Below, one piece after another: positions 49,333 to 58,995 of a DNA stretch of 64,000 nt. How positions within the stretch are numbered: position 1 is the first letter of the stretch; each line of letters opens with the position of its first letter. The position numbers and the translations under genes are program-made. A model generated the notes under the pieces. It searched no databases. It saw only the letters and a list, made by a program, of their open reading frames with translations, and was not told the DNA's origin. Origin of the DNA: Candidatus Nomurabacteria bacterium (GTDB lineage Bacteria > Patescibacteriota > Minisyncoccia > Phycocordibacterales > UBA918); assembly GCA_020632075.1 (NCBI GenBank), contig JACKGH010000001.1, positions 458,852 to 522,851 of the forward strand, read 5' to 3'.

Positions 49333-51411
49333 CTAAATATCCAAGTTCGCCATCTTCGCATTACTCTGGATGAATGACTTTCGACTCGTTACGTCAGTAC
49401 CCATGAGAATATCGAAGATCTTGTCTGCCTGCTGTGCATCTTCGATATCAACGCGCTTGAGAATTCGGTTATCAATGTTCATCGTGGTCTCCGCGAGTTC
49501 TTCAGCATTCATCTCACCAAGACCCTTGTAGCGCTGAATGCGAGCCTTGCCTTTTTTAGCAGTTGTCTCCACCTCAGCTTCCTCTCCTTCTTCTACCTCC
49601 TCCTCAACTGTATCCATGTCTACATCCTCGCCCATTCCCTTGAGAATTTCGAACTTCTCTTCATCGGTGAAAGCATAGTGTGTCTCCTTCCCTTTCTGGA
49701 TCTTATACAGTGGTGGTTGCGCAATGTAGATATACCCCTCATCGATCAGTGTGCGGAAATACCGGAAGAACAGTGTGAGCAAGAGCGTACGAATGTGCGC
49801 TCCATCAACGTCAGCGTCAGTCGCAATGATGATCTTGTGATAGCGAAGCTTGTTTACATCAAACACATCACCAATTGCAGTACCAAGCGCGATCACGAGA
49901 TTCTTGATCTGCTCTGAAGCAAGCATCTTGTCGATACGTGCTCGTTCCACGTTGAGGATCTTACCGCGTAGCGGCAACACTGCCTGCGTCTTGCGGTCGC
50001 GTCCCATCTTGGCACTACCACCAGCAGAGTCTCCCTCCACAATGAAGAGTTCTGAGTCTTCGGCCTTTTTACTCTGACAATCAGCCAACTTTCCTGGGAG
50101 CGACATCCCCTCAAGCGCACCCTTTCGAAGCACCGAGTCCTTTGCTGCTTTTGCTGCTTTGCGTGCCTTTACCGCAAGGATCACCTTATTGATGATCGCT
50201 TTAGCGTCATCTGGGTTTTCTTCAAGGAAGGTGCCAAACGCATCTGCAAATACCTGCTCAGTCGCACCACGTGCTTCTACCGAACCAAGCTTCGCTTTGG
50301 TCTGTCCTTCAAACTGAATTTCCGGCATCTTCACCGATATCACTGCAGTGATACCTTCAAGAACGTCATCTCCAGTAAAACCAGCGTCCTTGTCTTTTGC
50401 TGAGAAAAAGTTTCCTTTCTTGGCGTAGTTGTTGAGCGTACGAGTGAGTGCAGTCTTAAAACCAGTCACATGCGTACCTTGTTCTGGGTTGTAGATGTTG
50501 TTTGCAAACGCAGTGATGCGCGGTGAAATATCATCAACATACTGGAGCGCCACTTCTACCGCCAGCACTTCCTTACTTACGTCAGTCTTTTCAACATAGA
50601 AAATATTCTTGTTGATCGGCTTTTGGTAGTGATTGTTGAATGCTACAAGTGACTTAAGTCCTCCTTCGAAGTAGAAATGTTCGTGTGGTACCGGCAAATG
50701 TTCGTCAGACAAATAGATAGTATCTTGAAGCGACTTCGGATCGAGCTTTGCACCACTCTCACGAGCATCTACCACTGACATCTTCATACCTTTCACCAAG
50801 TACGCCTGCTGACGAAGGTGTGACACTACCTTTTTCCAATCAAACTTGATCTCCGGGAAGATCGTCGGGTCAGCTTGGAAGATCACGATCGTACCATTGT
50901 GTTTAGTGCTACCGAGTTTCTTTACTTTCGCTTTCGCCACACCAATGTTGTACTCCTGCATGTAGTGACCACCCTCTTTGTGAACATCCACACGTGTATG
51001 AGTAGACAGCGCGTTCACCACCGACACACCCACGCCATGAAGACCACCAGAAACTTTGTAGCCTGATTCATCACCACCAAACTTACCACCAGCGTGAAGT
51101 GTACACATGATCGTCTCGAGTGCAGATACTTTCGTCTGCTTGTGAATATCGACTGGAATACCACGACCGTTGTCCACCACGCGGATGTAGTTGTCCGGGA
51201 GGAGCGCCACTTCTACTCGATCAGCAAAGCCACCCATCGCCTCATCGCGAGAGTTGTCAAAGATCTCCCAGATCATGTGATGAAGACCTTCCGGACCAGT
51301 CGTACCGATGTACATACCCGGGCGCTTTCGCACTGGCTCAAGTCCTTCAAGAACAGAGATGGATGAGGCATCATAGCCTTTTTCTTTCTTCGCTGGTTTT
51401 TTGGCAGCCAT
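49333..51411 (-). CDS. gyrB: DNA gyrase subunit B (type IIA topoisomerase ATPase subunit)
   Basis: 692-aa ORF; GHKL ATPase N-terminus (YDASSISVLEGLEPVRKRPGMYIG); TOPRIM EGDSAGG; C-terminal RYKGLGEM; ParE not formally excluded. Confidence 0.8.
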   Translation of the reverse strand: MAAKKPAKKEKGYDASSISVLEGLEPVRKRPGMYIGTTGPEGLHHMIWEIFDNSRDEAMGGFADRVEVALLPDNYIRVVDNGRGIPVDIHKQTKVSALETIMCTLHAGGKFGGDESGYKVSGGLHGVGVSVVNALSTHTRVDVHKEGGHYMQEYNIGVAKAKVKKLGSTKHNGTIVIFQADPTIFPEIKFDWKKVVSHLRQQAYLVKGMKMSVVDARESGAKLDPKSLQDTIYLSDEHLPVPHEHFYFEGGLKSLVAFNNHYQKPINKNIFYVEKTDVSKEVLAVEVALQYVDDISPRITAFANNIYNPEQGTHVTGFKTALTRTLNNYAKKGNFFSAKDKDAGFTGDDVLEGITAVISVKMPEIQFEGQTKAKLGSVEARGATEQVFADAFGTFLEENPDDAKAIINKVILAVKARKAAKAAKDSVLRKGALEGMSLPGKLADCQSKKAEDSELFIVEGDSAGGSAKMGRDRKTQAVLPLRGKILNVERARIDKMLASEQIKNLVIALGTAIGDVFDVNKLRYHKIIIATDADVDGAHIRTLLLTLFFRYFRTLIDEGYIYIAQPPLYKIQKGKETHYAFTDEEKFEILKGMGEDVDMDTVEEEVEEGEEAEVETTAKKGKARIQRYKGLGEMNAEELAETTMNIDNRILKRVDIEDAQQADKIFDILMGTDVTSRKSFIQSNAKMANLDI

Positions 51412-51588
51412 AATGTGTGTCTGTAGTACTAAATAAAACGGTTAAATTGGCCGTAATTATATCATTTTCACCACCTAAAATCCCTTCCCTTTAGAGCGGT
51501 TTGTTGAGTAATTTTGTATTGATATTTTAATAATATATGTTATTTATTATAGAAACTGTACTTATGTAAATTGAATGGGAGTAGACCA

Positions 51589-51855
51589 ATGCACGGCGCC
51601 GCCTCTATATTCTTGCTGCTTGCTGCCATGTTTGTGGAACTGCTGGCACACACCGTTATGTCAACATCTCGATATGCGGACCTCTGGACCATTGTCGGTA
51701 TCCTATTCGCTTTTTTCAGTGTCCTGACTGGAATTGCAGCATACCTACGGTCAAATCTGGAGAGATCCAGACGCCAACTAGACTTTGAACAAAGACTGTA
51801 TCGCCTACGAGAAGCGGGTATACGGATGCACGAAGAATGCAAAAACAAGAAGTGA
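51589..51855 (+). CDS. hypothetical small membrane protein
   Basis: Start MHGAASIFLLLAAMF with GGGAG 7 nt upstream; two TM segments; terminator follows. Confidence 0.4.
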   Translation: MHGAASIFLLLAAMFVELLAHTVMSTSRYADLWTIVGILFAFFSVLTGIAAYLRSNLERSRRQLDFEQRLYRLREAGIRMHEECKNKK

Positions 51856-51863
51856 TCAATCAC

Positions 51864-51892
51864 AAAAGACCGGCTCTAGGCCGGTCTTTCTT
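51864..51892. terminator. bidirectional intrinsic terminator
   Basis: aaaa-gaccggc-tctag-gccggtc-tttctt. Confidence 0.75.
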
Positions 51893-51903
51893 ATCTAATA
51901 TAG

Positions 51904-53841
51904 TTATCTCACTTCCCATCCCTTCTCTGCTGCCACCTTGTACACCACATCCATGTATCCATTCACCTCTTCGTCGGTGAGGGTTTTTTCGGTTGACTGG
52001 AAAACGAGACGAAAGGCGTAACTCGTGCGGCCGTCTTTTTCGAAAGTGTCGAAGAGATCAGAGCGGACCAAGAGTGGGCCGGCGGCGGCAGTGAGCTCGG
52101 CTTCGACCATTTCGTGTTGGTCGCCGCCGGCCACCCACAACGCGATATCGCGTGACATCGCCGGGTACGGCGACACTCGCTTATACTGTGCATCAGGCTT
52201 TTTTACAAACTCGTCATACGCATCTGGCGTCGTAAGCTTCTCAAGTACAGCACTGAGGTCGAGCTCAGCTACCCCTTTTTCAATATCCCACTCCAGCTCA
52301 TTGCCGAGCACGGTCGACACTACTGCCATGCCTTCCTCCAACACCTTATCGTCATTTGGACTGTAACCATTCCCCTTCGTACGCACACCAAGGGTTAAGG
52401 CCACATGCTCCCCCACTCCCGTTTCTGTCTTATCAAACACCGTACCGATCTCAAACACGCGCACCGCGTCGACACCGAGCAAGTCACAGTGCGTATGATT
52501 CGCATCAAGCACCGCCGTGATGTTTTTCTTCAGTGTATTGCGGACATAACTCTTATCGCTCGCCAGCGCATTCTGCAGCTGGATCTTCGCTTTCTTGAGA
52601 AACGATGAAGTGATCACTTCTGAGTACCCAGACTCAGTCAGTCGCATGCGAAGCACATCACTAAAGTACTGCTTCTGATTCACTTCTGCGAGCGGTACTG
52701 CCTCTGGCACTATCGACTCCACTTTGGTGAGTCCATGAATCCGTCCGACTTCTTCGATGTAATCAGCCTCAATCGCAAGATCAGTCCGCTCCCACGGTGC
52801 GGTCGCCACGAGCACCCCAGCTTCCTTTTCTTCTACCGCAGCCCCTGTGCGCGCAATGATATTCTTCACCTCGTCTGCCGAAAGTGTAAGTCCAAGCAAT
52901 GCATTCACCTTCTCTACCCGCACCTCAGTCGAGACCGGTTCGTACTTTTCAAGATACTCATCCACCACCCCCTCACAAGCACCACCGGCAATATCAGTAA
53001 TAAGCTTGATGATCTCAGCCTGCGCGTACATTGGCAGCTCGCGTGCTGGCTCATTTTCAAAACGCTTTGAGGCATCTGTGAGGATGCCGAGACGGCGGGC
53101 GGTTTTGCGGATAGTCGTTGGGTTGAAGTGTGCTGCTTCCAGGATAATATTCTTCGAGTCCGCGGTCAGTTCCGCAAACCGCCCGCCTTTGATACCAGCG
53201 AGCCCCACCGGTGTATCAGTCGATCCGTCAACGATCAAAAGTTCGTCTCCACGCAACTCGACGATACGATCCTCAGATGATCCACTTTCGCCTAAAAGAC
53301 TCACCGACTCACCTTCTTTGGCGAAGCGCACATCAAACTGCCACTCGCCGTCTTGCTTCGGGAACTTATCCGCATCATACGCGTGCATTGGCTGCCCAAG
53401 CGCAAACATCACGTAGTTAGTTGCGTCCACAATGTTATTGATAGAGCGTTGGCCAAGCGCCTCAAGACGCTGCACCAGCCACTTGGGCGACGCCTTCACC
53501 TTGATACCGGTCATCAGCGCAAGCGAAAAGCGTGGACACGCAGCGCTGTCAGCAATATTGATCTTGATCTTATCGGTCGAGACAAGTTCTGACTTCTCTG
53601 CCAGCGGATCGTGTGCGAGCGATACATCAAGTAGCGTCGCAAGCTCACGCGCAATACCCCGATGCGAAAGACAATCGCTCGAACGATTGGGCAACACGTC
53701 GACATCGATCACCGTTTCGCCTGCTCGCTCCTCGACTCCCTCAATCTCAAACGCATGGAAGGTCAACAAATCTTCTACCTGCTTAGGGTCAGGCAATGCA
53801 TCACCAAGATAATCTTTGAGCCAACTGTGTACTACTTCCAT
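51904..53841 (-). CDS. pheT: phenylalanyl-tRNA synthetase beta subunit (short form)
   Basis: 645-aa ORF; N-terminus MEVVHSWLKDYLG; B3/4, B5 and C-terminal catalytic-like domains; immediately downstream of pheS. Confidence 0.9.
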   Translation of the reverse strand: MEVVHSWLKDYLGDALPDPKQVEDLLTFHAFEIEGVEERAGETVIDVDVLPNRSSDCLSHRGIARELATLLDVSLAHDPLAEKSELVSTDKIKINIADSAACPRFSLALMTGIKVKASPKWLVQRLEALGQRSINNIVDATNYVMFALGQPMHAYDADKFPKQDGEWQFDVRFAKEGESVSLLGESGSSEDRIVELRGDELLIVDGSTDTPVGLAGIKGGRFAELTADSKNIILEAAHFNPTTIRKTARRLGILTDASKRFENEPARELPMYAQAEIIKLITDIAGGACEGVVDEYLEKYEPVSTEVRVEKVNALLGLTLSADEVKNIIARTGAAVEEKEAGVLVATAPWERTDLAIEADYIEEVGRIHGLTKVESIVPEAVPLAEVNQKQYFSDVLRMRLTESGYSEVITSSFLKKAKIQLQNALASDKSYVRNTLKKNITAVLDANHTHCDLLGVDAVRVFEIGTVFDKTETGVGEHVALTLGVRTKGNGYSPNDDKVLEEGMAVVSTVLGNELEWDIEKGVAELDLSAVLEKLTTPDAYDEFVKKPDAQYKRVSPYPAMSRDIALWVAGGDQHEMVEAELTAAAGPLLVRSDLFDTFEKDGRTSYAFRLVFQSTEKTLTDEEVNGYMDVVYKVAAEKGWEVR

Positions 53842-53844
53842 ACT

Positions 53845-54564
53845 TTAGAATTGATTAACGAACCGAAGGTCTCCCGTATAAAAATCACGAACGTCCTCGA
53901 CTCCATACTTCATCACGCCGAGTCGATCGATACCCATACCAAACGCAAAACCTGAGTAGACGTCTGGATCAATCCCGCTGGCACGAAGCACATTCGGATG
54001 CACCATCCCTGCCCCCATCACTTCGATCCATTTGCCACAGAGCTTGCCTTCACCTTCGATCTTCATATCAACCTCAAAGCCTGGTTCCACAAACGGAAAG
54101 AAGCTCGGACGAAACCGCACTTCGGTCTTACCGCTAAAGAGCTTTGAGAAAAAATGTTCAAGCGTGCCTTTGAGATGTCCGAGATGCACACCCTTGTCGA
54201 CATAAAGTCCTTCCAGCTGATAAAACTGCGCTTCGTGCGTCGCGTCGGTGGTTTCGTTGCGGAATACCTTGCCCGGCACAATGATGCGGATCGGCGGCTC
54301 ATGACTTTCCATGTAGCGCGCCTGCACTGGACTGGTGTGGGTACGAAGCACCGTCGGTTCAGATACGTCCTTAGCCTTAAACCAAAACGTATCCTGCATA
54401 TCGCGTGACGGGTGGTCCTTCGGGACATTGAGCTGGTCAAAGTTGTAGTGCTCGGTCTCAGCCTCCGGACCTTCCGCAAACACAAACCCGATCTCCGCAA
54501 AGATCGCATTGATCTCTGTGATCATTTGAGTAATCGGGTGTTGGTGTCCGGGTTTTGGTTTCAT
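53845..54564 (-). CDS. pheS: phenylalanyl-tRNA synthetase alpha subunit (short form)
   Basis: 239-aa ORF; class II aaRS motifs (FRNETTDATHEAQFYQLEG, GAGMVHPNVL); ends ...FVNQF. Confidence 0.92.
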   Translation of the reverse strand: MKPKPGHQHPITQMITEINAIFAEIGFVFAEGPEAETEHYNFDQLNVPKDHPSRDMQDTFWFKAKDVSEPTVLRTHTSPVQARYMESHEPPIRIIVPGKVFRNETTDATHEAQFYQLEGLYVDKGVHLGHLKGTLEHFFSKLFSGKTEVRFRPSFFPFVEPGFEVDMKIEGEGKLCGKWIEVMGAGMVHPNVLRASGIDPDVYSGFAFGMGIDRLGVMKYGVEDVRDFYTGDLRFVNQF

Positions 54565-54591
54565 AGATGGAAACTAATTAGAAATATGTCG

Positions 54592-54600
54592 CAATCCTAA
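54592..54600 (-). promoter_or_regulatory. TTAGGATTG motif (copy C) 28 nt upstream of pheS start
   Basis: Minus strand reads gcgcggcTTAGGATTGcgacatatttctaattagtttccatctATG; the AATATTTTCTAC block occurs further upstream. Confidence 0.4.
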
Positions 54601-54770
54601 GCCGCGCAAAATTTGAGTAGAAAATATTGCAGACGACTGAGTCATACTTGAGTATGACGAAGAAGGATAAAATATTTTATGCCAAATTTTGCGCGGCGTC
54701 GATGCGAAATGATTTGTAAAAGATAACTTCATATCAGATTTCTTATTAGTTTCCCAAGTGTAGCACGCGT

Positions 54771-55925
54771 TTAAATTGGTTCAATTTCAGTGACAACGGC
54801 AAAATACTGATCATTATCACGAATGTAGATCTCGTCGTTTTCTACCACCACCTGGAAGTCGGTTCCTGGGTAAAGCAACTGCGAGTTTTGCCAAGCGCGA
54901 TCATCGATCTCGGTTACATAGAGACCGTCCTCAAGTTGCAGCAAGACCAGATCTGAACGACGAGGGAAGAAATCATAAAAGTACACATCCTGTCGCTGGC
55001 GATCAAGTTTGATCTCCGGTCGACAGAGTCGATTAGCATCTAGCACAAGCGGTGTGGTTGTCGACTCTGACAGCAGCTCAATCTGATCTGCCACGTGTTC
55101 TCCATACCGCACAGCAATTGAAGTCGTCGATGAGTCGCTTACACAAAAGTACGGTGGAATCGTGCCACCTGACTGCTGCCAGACCGCATAAAGCTCTTCG
55201 TCTCGTTCAACCAATCGGATGTTGCCGCGTTCGATCGGCAATTCTGGGGTAGTCGTCGCGTCGCCCAAAAGAGGCGCAGTGGTCGTCGCAAACCGGAAAC
55301 GTTCTACGCCATCAAGCAATCGCGCAAACACCGATTGTGAAGAGGTCGAGGTGGTACTGAACAAGCTTTCAACATAGATAAACTCTTCATTCAGATCATA
55401 CTGTGACTTAAATGTCGTCGTTGCCACAAGCACCGGCACCGTCGAACTTGCTCGTTCAAAAATAGATTCTGTCGACCGTGTACCGAAATACACCGGCACT
55501 CCACCACCAGCAACATACTCAGTGATCGGCCGCAGCTGTGGCCGAACCGGCATGTTGAACGCAGCGGCCTCGATTACAATATGCGCGTCTACCGGCAACA
55601 CCTTCACCCACGTCTGCAAATCTGGCCGCTGCACCACCACTCGATGATTGCCCGCTTCAATATTCTGAATGTAGTACGCCGACCGGAAAAAGCGTGGCTG
55701 CTCAACCAATTCTTCATCAAGATACACATCGACATCAAGCACGTCGGTGGTGACATACATACCACCAACCGTTACGATTGTTGTTTCTTCATTATCAAAA
55801 CTGAGACGATATCCAGTAGTGTAGAAAATAAGCACCGGCAGCGTAAACAAGAACACCAAAACCAACACAAAGAATAATCCTTGTCGACGTTTATATGAAA
55901 GTTCTCCGATCTGTGGCTCTTGCAT
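54771..55925 (-). CDS. hypothetical membrane-anchored protein, partner of the GT2 synthase
   Basis: 384-aa ORF; N-terminal TM (LFFVLVLVFLFTLPVLIFY) then a large Thr-rich extracytoplasmic domain; its start abuts the stop of the upstream GT2 gene. Confidence 0.5.
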   Translation of the reverse strand: MQEPQIGELSYKRRQGLFFVLVLVFLFTLPVLIFYTTGYRLSFDNEETTIVTVGGMYVTTDVLDVDVYLDEELVEQPRFFRSAYYIQNIEAGNHRVVVQRPDLQTWVKVLPVDAHIVIEAAAFNMPVRPQLRPITEYVAGGGVPVYFGTRSTESIFERASSTVPVLVATTTFKSQYDLNEEFIYVESLFSTTSTSSQSVFARLLDGVERFRFATTTAPLLGDATTTPELPIERGNIRLVERDEELYAVWQQSGGTIPPYFCVSDSSTTSIAVRYGEHVADQIELLSESTTTPLVLDANRLCRPEIKLDRQRQDVYFYDFFPRRSDLVLLQLEDGLYVTEIDDRAWQNSQLLYPGTDFQVVVENDEIYIRDNDQYFAVVTEIEPI

Positions 55926-55927
55926 AC

Positions 55928-57490
55928 TTAATTTTTTTGTCGCTTAGGAGTCACCCAGAAGCCCATATACTTCCCAAATAGTAACCGAGTCTGTGAATCG
56001 AGTCCTGGGATGGCACTAAAAACCACCATGGTGATTGGCACCATGATCCATTGTACTGCCATTACGACATAGCGGAACCGGCTGTGGTGCGCAGGGCGTG
56101 GCGGCGTGAGTGACAATGAGATGATCGAAGATAACACCAAACCACCCATCGCCAAGATAAGCAGGTTGCGGACCATGATCGGCAGCTCAAAAGAGAGTAG
56201 TGTCTGATGAAAATCCGGGGGGCCGAGATAGATCGGTGCCCAGCCCAAAATGAAAAGCACAAGTGGATAGGTAGCAAGCGACCAGTACCCCTCCCCTTGC
56301 AGTAAGCCAATTGCCCAGCGCTTCTTCAGCGGAATGTCTTTATTCTTCACAAAGTGATACACGATGTAGCACCAGTTCTCGACACCGTACGTCCAACGTC
56401 GATGTTGCTTGTAGATATTTTTGATCGTACCGCGAAGCGTCGGCGCTACCGTTGCATCCATAGCGATCGGGTATGACAATGACACCACTTCAAAATCACC
56501 GTTGTTCGCGACAAGTAAATTCCAATAAATACGCGAATCTTCACTCACCACGTTCGCTTGGCCATAGCCGATCTCATAGAGTGCTTGGAAGCTCACTGAG
56601 TGCGACGAGAATGTCGCCGCTTTCTCCGGACGTTCCTGCATGATCATCTGCCAGAAGGTACTCGACATCGCCATTACGCGTGAGAGCGCTGGCGCATCCC
56701 AGAGATTGTTCGTGAAAAGCGGCACTGGCTGGAACGCGCTCTTGTACGGATTCTCAACGGTCATGAAATGCCAAATAAGACAATTGAAATAATCTGGATA
56801 GATCACTGTGTCGACGTCGAAGATTGATGTGATGACGTTTTTGTACGGAATCTGGTGCTTGTCGATGATCTGCTCACGCACCTGATGCAGGGCATGATGT
56901 GTATTCGAACCCTTTCCGGCCAACTCCCCTGGCAGGTCTGCCGGGTGGACCGTCACCATAAAGTGACCAAACTTGCCGGCATACTTTCGCTCCATCTCGC
57001 GCGCAAGGTTTTCGGCATCTTTGCCGGCGCGGCCTTCGGCCGCGAGCACGACGATCATTTTCTTTGGATCGTATTTGGCTTCAAGTAGACCTTTCAGCGC
57101 CCCTTCAAGCACCTCCTTCGGCTCTTCATAAAATGGGAAGATCACGAGGTGATAAAAATGGTCATAACAAAAACGACCAACGAGCTGCTCCCAATCGAGT
57201 TCCATATGATGCTTCAGCCGCTTCCAATTATGTCGCACATGGTACGACAAGAAGATGGTCTTTAAGAGCCAAAAGACGGCGAAAGCGATAATGAAGTATG
57301 CCGCAAAGAATGATGCATAAATTGACGCGAGTACGAGACCGATCAAAAAACCCCACGACGCGATACCTGGTACGATCTCAAGGAATCGATAAAAACGCCG
57401 GTCTTTGCCGGTTAGTTCTGAGGCGCGAGCGACTTTGAAGTCGGCCCTGCGCGCATATGGAAGCAAATGCGACTGGTCTACCTCCGCCAT
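55928..57490 (-). CDS. processive family-2 glycosyltransferase (cellulose/chitin-synthase-like) with integral membrane domains
   Basis: Start MAEVDQ (the 6-frame ORF starts at 57514); GT-A region with DVDT; QHRRW (QxxRW) motif; N- and C-terminal TM segments. Confidence 0.75.
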   Translation of the reverse strand: MAEVDQSHLLPYARRADFKVARASELTGKDRRFYRFLEIVPGIASWGFLIGLVLASIYASFFAAYFIIAFAVFWLLKTIFLSYHVRHNWKRLKHHMELDWEQLVGRFCYDHFYHLVIFPFYEEPKEVLEGALKGLLEAKYDPKKMIVVLAAEGRAGKDAENLAREMERKYAGKFGHFMVTVHPADLPGELAGKGSNTHHALHQVREQIIDKHQIPYKNVITSIFDVDTVIYPDYFNCLIWHFMTVENPYKSAFQPVPLFTNNLWDAPALSRVMAMSSTFWQMIMQERPEKAATFSSHSVSFQALYEIGYGQANVVSEDSRIYWNLLVANNGDFEVVSLSYPIAMDATVAPTLRGTIKNIYKQHRRWTYGVENWCYIVYHFVKNKDIPLKKRWAIGLLQGEGYWSLATYPLVLFILGWAPIYLGPPDFHQTLLSFELPIMVRNLLILAMGGLVLSSIISLSLTPPRPAHHSRFRYVVMAVQWIMVPITMVVFSAIPGLDSQTRLLFGKYMGFWVTPKRQKN

Positions 57491-57600
57491 ACGTATCCGC
57501 GAGTATATACCCATTTGGGCTTAAAATAAAGGCTTCTGGCGCAACCTTTTCTCGAAAAATAAAACGAACAATTGCACTAGCATTACTTAAAAATATCTGG

Positions 57601-57606
57601 TAGGAT
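57601..57606 (+). promoter_or_regulatory. TAGGAT -10-like element upstream of the tRNA-Thr locus
   Basis: aaaatatctggTAGGATgcatg resembles the TAGGAT motifs at 40425 and 40782. Confidence 0.3.
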
Positions 57607-57621
57607 GCATGTCACCAAAAA

Positions 57622-57645
57622 GCCACCTTTGCTCAGTTGGTAGAG
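57622..57645 (+). other. tRNA-like 5' fragment: 23/24 nt identical to the 5' end of the downstream tRNA-Thr
   Basis: gccacctttgctcagttggtagag versus gccaccttagctcagttggtagag at 57741; no matching 3' half found before the complete tRNA. Confidence 0.6.
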
Positions 57646-57740
57646 TTGAAATAGTCTGGGAGATTATTTCAAAGTTTTGTCACAAAACCGTTGCTCTGAC
57701 CTCTGAAACATTGCGGGCAGTTGGGCACAAAATTAAATAC

Positions 57741-57813
57741 GCCACCTTAGCTCAGTTGGTAGAGCAACGGTTTTGTAAACCGTGGGTCGTCAGTTCGAGT
57801 CTGACAGGTGGCT
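57741..57813 (+). tRNA. tRNA-Thr (anticodon UGU); CCA not encoded
   Basis: Cloverleaf read directly: acceptor GCCACCT/AGGTGGC, D-arm GCTCAGTTGGTAGAGC, anticodon arm ACGGT-TTTGTAA-ACCGT, T-arm GTCAG-TTCGAGT-CTGAC, discriminator U. Confidence 0.9.
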
Positions 57814-57823
57814 CAGAGTACAT

Positions 57824-57863
57824 AAAAGAAAGAGCCGGGCGCTTCGCGCCCGGCTCTTTCTTT
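57824..57863. terminator. bidirectional intrinsic terminator after tRNA-Thr
   Basis: aaaagaaag-agccgggcgc-ttcg-gcgcccggct-ctttcttt. Confidence 0.9.
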
Positions 57864-58305
57864 AAAAACTCTCCTCCAACTTCTTTTTCCGCAATTTCCG
57901 TTGCTCCGCTGGCGTCAATGCCGTCTCTTCTTTGTGCTGTGCCATTTGTCGCAAATGGTTGAGTTCGTGGAGCTCTCGCTTCTCGCGACGCAACTGCTTG
58001 GTCCGCGCCCGATTGCGTTCAAACATACTCTCGAAGTATGTGTACATCGCCACAATACCGCGCAGGAAAGTCCGTAACACACCATGAATACTGTAATACC
58101 AGTTGAGCTGCACGATGTATTTCACAAAGTGCTCCCAACTGCGCACGATCCACGAACCCAGTCGATCTGTTTTATCATCAAGCCAATCACGCAGTGATGA
58201 CGCAAAAAAGCGTCGACCACGACGCTTTTCTGCTCGCACGAGCAATAGTAATGCAACAAAGACAAGGAGCACGATCGTAAATGTCGTTGTTGCAGTAGAG
58301 ATCAT
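57862..58305 (-). CDS. hypothetical membrane-anchored protein
   Basis: 147-aa ORF; N-terminal TM; basic/coiled C-terminus. Confidence 0.5.
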   Translation of the reverse strand: MISTATTTFTIVLLVFVALLLLVRAEKRRGRRFFASSLRDWLDDKTDRLGSWIVRSWEHFVKYIVQLNWYYSIHGVLRTFLRGIVAMYTYFESMFERNRARTKQLRREKRELHELNHLRQMAQHKEETALTPAEQRKLRKKKLEESF

Positions 58306-58311
58306 TGCTGA

Positions 58312-58896
58312 CTATTTTACAGAGACTCGTGAGATCTGTGCAATTGAGATATTCTCACCAAACTTCTGCACGCCACCAGTTACCATCTCACCGATGGTCT
58401 GATCTGGATTCTTCACGAAGTCCTGTTCCATAAGCACCTGATCCTTGAAGTACGAATCAAGCTTGCCTTGCATGATCTTTTCCTTCATGTCTTCTGGCTT
58501 GCCTTCGAGCTCAGGAGCAAACACTTCCTTTGCTTTTTCGATCGCATCTTCTGGAAGTTCATCCTTTGAGATGTACTTTGGATCAGTTGCCGCTACATGC
58601 ATCGCAATATCCTTCGCAAGTGCAACGAATTCTTCGTTCTTTGATACGAAGTCAGTTTCACAGGCTAGCAGCACCACTGCCGCTACTTCATTAGTGTTGT
58701 GTACGTACACACCGACTGCGCCAGCACCAAGTTCACGGTCTGCTTTTTTCTCTGCAGCTTCAGAACGCTTCTTCTTAAGGATGATCACAGCCTTGTCCAT
58801 GTCACCCGCTGCTTCTTCAAGCGCCTTCTTACACTGCATCACTGAGATGCCAGTCTTATCTCGTAATTCTTTGAGTTGTGCTGATGTAATTTCCAT
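58312..58896 (-). CDS. tsf: elongation factor Ts (short form)
   Basis: 194-aa ORF; N-terminal UBA-like ITSAQLKELRDKTGISVMQCKKALEEAAGDMDKA. Confidence 0.9.
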   Translation of the reverse strand: MEITSAQLKELRDKTGISVMQCKKALEEAAGDMDKAVIILKKKRSEAAEKKADRELGAGAVGVYVHNTNEVAAVVLLACETDFVSKNEEFVALAKDIAMHVAATDPKYISKDELPEDAIEKAKEVFAPELEGKPEDMKEKIMQGKLDSYFKDQVLMEQDFVKNPDQTIGEMVTGGVQKFGENISIAQISRVSVK

Positions 58897-58995
58897 ATGA
58901 ATGAATATCCAGAGGATATATTTATGAATGTACGTCTGAATGTGCGCTATTCCCAGCGCACATTCCTAGACGAATCTAACAAATTATAACAGAGA

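Noticed and set aside
57609-57962. 117-aa + ORF
   Set aside because: Overlaps the tRNA-Thr gene, the tRNA-like fragment and the terminator; its translation is an RNA-gene artefact.
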